Assembly (NCBI GenBank): GCA_964584035.1
Contig: CAZOYL010000094.1
Coordinates: 1-10,521 of the forward strand
Direction: 5' to 3'
Source: an uncultured Gemmatimonadota bacterium
GTDB lineage: Bacteria > SM23-81
Length of the DNA stretch: 10,521 nucleotides
The notes below the pieces were generated by a model. The model was not told the origin of the DNA, ran no database searches, and was given only the letters and a program-made list of their open reading frames with translations. Position numbers and translations under genes: made by a program. How positions within the stretch are numbered: position 1 is the first letter of the stretch; every line of letters starts with the position of its first letter. Shown here one piece after another: positions 7,412 through 10,521 of the stretch.

Positions 7412-7453
7412 CGTATGTACGTCGTACGGATCATGTACTTATGAGGGGGGCCT

Positions 7454-7549
7454 ATGCCCAGCGGGAAAAAAAGAAAACGTCACAAGATTGCCACGCACAA
7501 GCGTAAAAAGCGTCTCAAGGCCGATCGCCATAAGAAAAAGAAGCGGTGA
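7454..7549 (+). CDS. 30S ribosomal protein bS22 / AURKAIP1-COX24 (DUF1713)-type small basic protein, 31 aa
   Basis: Hand translation MPSGKKRKRHKIATHKRKKRLKADRHKKKKR*, matching the MPSGKKRKRHK..THKRKKRL pattern of Bacteroidota-type bS22. G-rich RBS GAGGGGGG at 7443-7450. Below the ORF-track length cut-off. Confidence 0.9.
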   Translation: MPSGKKRKRHKIATHKRKKRLKADRHKKKKR

Positions 7550-7572
7550 TATCCCCCGGAGGGCACGCCGTG

Positions 7573-8058
7573 ATGAAGGTCGGGGTTGTCTCGGACACAC
7601 ACTGGCAAGTCGACGATGGGCCATTGCCGCCGGAACTGTTTGAAGAGCTTTCGGGAGTCGATCTCATTCTCCACGCGGGAGATCTGGTGACCGTAGAAAT
7701 TCTCGATCAGCTGAAAAAGATCGCACCGGTACAGGCCGTGGCCGGCAATATGGACGCCGCCGAGATCCGGAAACAACTGCCGGCCAGACGAATCGTGGAC
7801 ATCGAGAAGGTCCGCCTGGGATTGATTCACGGCTGGGGACCGCCCCAGGGATTGCCGCAGAGAGTGTCCCGGGAGTTTTCCGAGGATGTGGCTGTGGTGA
7901 TCTTCGGCCATTCGCATCAGCCCTATAAGGAGTGGATCGACGGCCGCCTGCTGTTCAATCCGGGCAGCCTGCTGGACGACCGTTTCTCGGATGAACGCTC
8001 CTATGGCCGGCTCACGATACAGGGAGACCGCATAGAGGCGGAGATTCACCACTGGTAA
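7573..8058 (+). CDS. YfcE/MJ0936-family metallophosphoesterase
   Basis: Motifs SDTH, ILHAGD, VAGNMD, IHG, FGHSH.P, FNPGS. Start placed at ATG 7573 (GTG 7570 is an alternative) because of RBS GGAGGG at 7558-7563. Confidence 0.92.
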   Translation: MKVGVVSDTHWQVDDGPLPPELFEELSGVDLILHAGDLVTVEILDQLKKIAPVQAVAGNMDAAEIRKQLPARRIVDIEKVRLGLIHGWGPPQGLPQRVSREFSEDVAVVIFGHSHQPYKEWIDGRLLFNPGSLLDDRFSDERSYGRLTIQGDRIEAEIHHW

Positions 8059-8158
8059 TCTGACCATCCTGATGATGTCCCATCGCCCATGAGCCCTCCT
8101 TCACGCAGTGGAAGACGTTCGTTTACCTGTTCACCATCACACAGAGGAAATGGAAGCG

Positions 8159-9289
8159 ATGACAGACAAGAAGGCAGATCTGGCCGGTCCCGGCATCGGC
8201 AATTACGACGACCTGAAACAGGTGCTGCCCGGTGATTATGAACCGATCTTGGATCCCAAGGAAACCCAGCAGGCCATCACCGCAGTGAAAAGCTATATCG
8301 AGGACCACCTCAGCCGGGAGCTCAATCTCATCAGGGTGGAATGTCCCCTTATCGTTGATCGCGAGAGCGGAATGAACGACTATCTGGATCGTGACGGCTC
8401 CCGAACCCCGATCGAGTTTCACATCTCCAACGATTACGATCAGCATCCCATCGATGCTCAGATCGTCCAGGCGGTCACCAAATGGAAGCGATGGGCTTTA
8501 AAACAGTTCAACATGGATGTGGGAGAGGGCCTGTTCACCGATATGAGGGCTGTGCGCAAGGACTATTTCCTGGACCATGACCACAGCGCCTATGTGGATC
8601 AGTGGGATTGGGAAAAGGTCATCACGGCCGAGCACAGAAATCTGGATTATCTCAAAGATACGGTTCGGGCATTATGGCGGATCATCCGCGGGGCCGGCAC
8701 TCACGCCGAAGAGCTTTTCCCACAGTTGAAAACGGACCGGTATCCCGGTATTCCCGAGGAGTTGAACTTTCTGCATGCCGAGGAGATTCTGAACATGTAC
8801 CCGGATCTGCCCCGCAAGGCCCGGGAGACGAAAGTGCTGCAGGAATTTCCCGCCGTCTTCATCCTGGGCGTCGGCTGGACACTCAAGGACGGCTACCCCC
8901 ACGAGATGCGAGCGGCCGATTACGACGATTGGGTCACCGAGACGATCACCAAGGATGGGCAGCTGATGCATGGCCTGAACGGCGACATTCTGGTATGGAA
9001 TCCGATCACCAAACGGCGCCACGAGCTGACCTCCATGGGGATCCGGGTGACCAAAGAAACGCTGAAGATACAGCTGGAAATGACCGGACAGCTCGATTTC
9101 CTCAAAATGCCCTATCATCAGATGATTCTCAACGATCGCGTCCCTCTCAGCATCGGCGGCGGCATCGGGCAGTCACGAACCTATATGTACCTGCTGCGGA
9201 AAGCCCATCTGGGCGAATGCAGCGTCACCGTATGGCCCAGGATCCTCAAGGACATGTGTGCCGAAAAAAAGATACATGTGCTGGAATAA
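8159..9289 (+). CDS. asnA: Aspartate--ammonia ligase (asparagine synthetase A)
   Basis: Motifs KWKR, GLFTDMRAVRKD, HSAYVDQWDWEKVI, RAADYDDW, GLNGDILVWN, ELTSMGIRV, SIGGGIGQSR. Start uncertain (ATG 8150 or 8159). Confidence 0.95.
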   Translation: MTDKKADLAGPGIGNYDDLKQVLPGDYEPILDPKETQQAITAVKSYIEDHLSRELNLIRVECPLIVDRESGMNDYLDRDGSRTPIEFHISNDYDQHPIDAQIVQAVTKWKRWALKQFNMDVGEGLFTDMRAVRKDYFLDHDHSAYVDQWDWEKVITAEHRNLDYLKDTVRALWRIIRGAGTHAEELFPQLKTDRYPGIPEELNFLHAEEILNMYPDLPRKARETKVLQEFPAVFILGVGWTLKDGYPHEMRAADYDDWVTETITKDGQLMHGLNGDILVWNPITKRRHELTSMGIRVTKETLKIQLEMTGQLDFLKMPYHQMILNDRVPLSIGGGIGQSRTYMYLLRKAHLGECSVTVWPRILKDMCAEKKIHVLE

Positions 9290-9316
9290 AAACTGATGCC
9301 CTAGAGATTGATTGAG

Positions 9317-9344
9317 GGGCCGCATGATGTTCATGCGGCCCTTT
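9317..9344 (+). terminator. Intrinsic terminator downstream of asnA
   Basis: GGGCCGCATGA (9317-9327), loop TGT, TCATGCGGCCC (9331-9341), followed by TTTGT. Confidence 0.65.
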
Positions 9345-9418
9345 GTAGGAAAATCGGGGAGGGATTGAATGCCTGTCCGTTCTGTGATCATATCCACCGT
9401 TCTGATCGTGATGGTCGG

Positions 9419-9592
9419 TTCACCGCTCTGGGACGCATGGAGGAGAACCGGCATTATCTCTCCGATGTCGTCTTCGGCGCCAGCATCGGTCTGGCGGCCG
9501 GGTATGCCGCTGTGGCGCGAAAATAATACCCCGTCGGGCTGGGGTTCATCTCTATCGGTCCAGATCAGGCCGGCATCAGGGTTCGGTTCTGA
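9419..9592 (+). pseudogene. C-terminal remnant of a PAP2-family phosphatase with an in-frame stop
   Basis: FTALGRMEENRHYLSDVVFGASIGLAAGYAAVARK resembles the PAP2 C3 motif (SRx5Hx3D). After TAA (9524-9526) the frame continues YPVGLGFISIGPDQAGIRVRF* to 9592. No C1/C2 (PSGH) motifs are seen upstream. Confidence 0.65.
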
Positions 9593-9604
9593 GAGAAAAA
9601 GAAC

Positions 9605-9633
9605 TTGACAACGGTAGGAAATTTCATAATACT
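9605..9633 (+). promoter_or_regulatory. sigma70-type promoter for tRNA-Glu and the downstream gene
   Basis: TTGACA (9605-9610), 17-nt spacer, AATACT (9628-9633) within the AT-rich CATAATACTAT. Confidence 0.55.
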
Positions 9634-9659
9634 ATCACATTAATCCAGCATCCACAATG

Positions 9660-9734
9660 GTCCCTGTCGTCTAGCCAGGTCTAGGACACCGGCCTTTCAC
9701 GCCGGCAACACGGGTTCGAATCCCGTCGGGGACG
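9660..9734 (+). tRNA. tRNA-Glu (anticodon TTC); CCA not encoded
   Basis: Acceptor stem GTCCCTG/CGGGGAC. D-arm GTCTAGCCAGGTCTAGGAC. Anticodon arm CCGGC-CT TTC AC-GCCGG (anticodon 9696-9698). T-arm ACGGG TTCGAAT CCCGT. Discriminator G. Confidence 0.97.
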
Positions 9735-9778
9735 CTTATCTCTTATTATTCAATCTCCAGGAGCCATGAGGTTCGATC

Positions 9779-10521
9779 ATGACCGAACAGAACGTTATCA
9801 CACGAATTATCAAGCGCAACGGCGAGGTGGCTCCCCTCGATCGGGATAAAATCGCCAATGCCATTTATAAAGCCGCCTCCAGCGTCGGGGGGAAGGACCG
9901 CCAGACGGCCCTGAGACTGGCCGACCAGGTGGTGGATATGCTGAACCAGTTGTATATTCCCGAGGCTACACCGTCGGTGGAGGAAATTCAGGATTTGGTC
10001 GAGAAGATCCTTATCGAGAACGGCCATGCCCGGACAGCCAAGGCATACATTCTTTACCGTGATCAGCGGTCCAGACTCCGGCGGAGGAAAAAAGCCGGCG
10101 CCGTAACCCAGGGTTCCATTCCCTATCAGGTGATGTGGAAAGTGCTTTTGTGGAACGTGATGCATGGTGTGGACACGGTCGAGGGGCTCAACCGTCGGGT
10201 CAAGGATGGGACGTTTCCACAGCTGGTTCAGGAAGCCGACGATGCCTTTGATGCCGAGATCGCCAAGGCCGTCGGGGACATCTGTGAAATGGATCCGCAG
10301 GCCCAGCTGATCATCGTGGCCGGTCCATCCTCCTCCGGGAAAAGCACCACCATGGCCAAGCTTATTGCTCAGCTGCGAAAACGGAACTGCCGGCCGGTGC
10401 CGATGAGCCTGGACAATTATTTTTTCGATCTGGAGATGCATCCCAAAGATGAGTTCGGAGACTACGACTTCGAGACTCCCGAAGCTCTGGATCTGGATCT
10501 GATCAATAAACACCTGACAAA
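9779..10521 (+). CDS. ATP-cone domain + uridine/nucleoside kinase-like P-loop protein, 3'-truncated by the window edge
   Basis: Hand translation: MTEQNVITRIIKRNGEVAPLDRDKIANAIYKAA...SVEEIQDLVEKILIENGHARTAKAYILYR (ATP-cone), then LIIVAGPSSSGKST (Walker A, 10322-10345), SLDNYF and GDYDFETPEALDLDLI (Udk/PRK-family). RBS GAGGT at 9768-9772. Frame is open to the window end. Confidence 0.88.
   Translation, partial: MTEQNVITRIIKRNGEVAPLDRDKIANAIYKAASSVGGKDRQTALRLADQVVDMLNQLYIPEATPSVEEIQDLVEKILIENGHARTAKAYILYRDQRSRLRRRKKAGAVTQGSIPYQVMWKVLLWNVMHGVDTVEGLNRRVKDGTFPQLVQEADDAFDAEIAKAVGDICEMDPQAQLIIVAGPSSSGKSTTMAKLIAQLRKRNCRPVPMSLDNYFFDLEMHPKDEFGDYDFETPEALDLDLINKHLT

Noticed and set aside
7356..7643. 95-aa + strand ORF from the ORF track
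   Set aside because: It overlaps the bS22-like smORF and the phosphoesterase in other frames, which are far better supported.
3863..9734. tRNA-anchored genomic island or prophage
   Set aside because: No integrase, no duplicated tRNA 3' end seen, and the genes between the tRNAs are housekeeping.
9746..10513. 255-aa minus-strand ORF
   Set aside because: Antisense shadow of the ATP-cone/kinase gene on the + strand.
9779..10521. Calling the last gene a ribonucleotide reductase (nrdD/nrdA/nrdJ)
   Set aside because: Only the ATP-cone is RNR-like. The following sequence is a Walker-A P-loop kinase domain.

Overview
GC-rich bacterial chromosomal window with all supported genes on the + strand. It opens with a probable short-carboxylate uptake/activation module: 5'-truncated acetyl-CoA synthetase, OFA-family MFS transporter and DcaP-like outer-membrane porin. 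Then come tRNA-Ala(GGC), a LysM/SLT lytic transglycosylase lipoprotein, sppA, an FmdB-type zinc ribbon, HU/IHF, a 31-aa bS22/AURKAIP1-COX24-type basic protein (missed by the ORF track), a YfcE-type metallophosphoesterase, asnA, a decayed PAP2 phosphatase remnant and tRNA-Glu(TTC). It ends with a 3'-truncated ATP-cone + uridine-kinase-like P-loop fusion gene, also missed by the ORF track. The porin implies a diderm host, and the MPSGKKRKRHK-type bS22 suggests the FCB group or a relative (inference only). The most unusual signals are four tandem 13-bp repeats in a long leader upstream of the porin, the ATP-cone/nucleoside kinase fusion, a codon-usage break inside acs, and the PAP2 relic. No mobile element, CRISPR array or defence system is evident.
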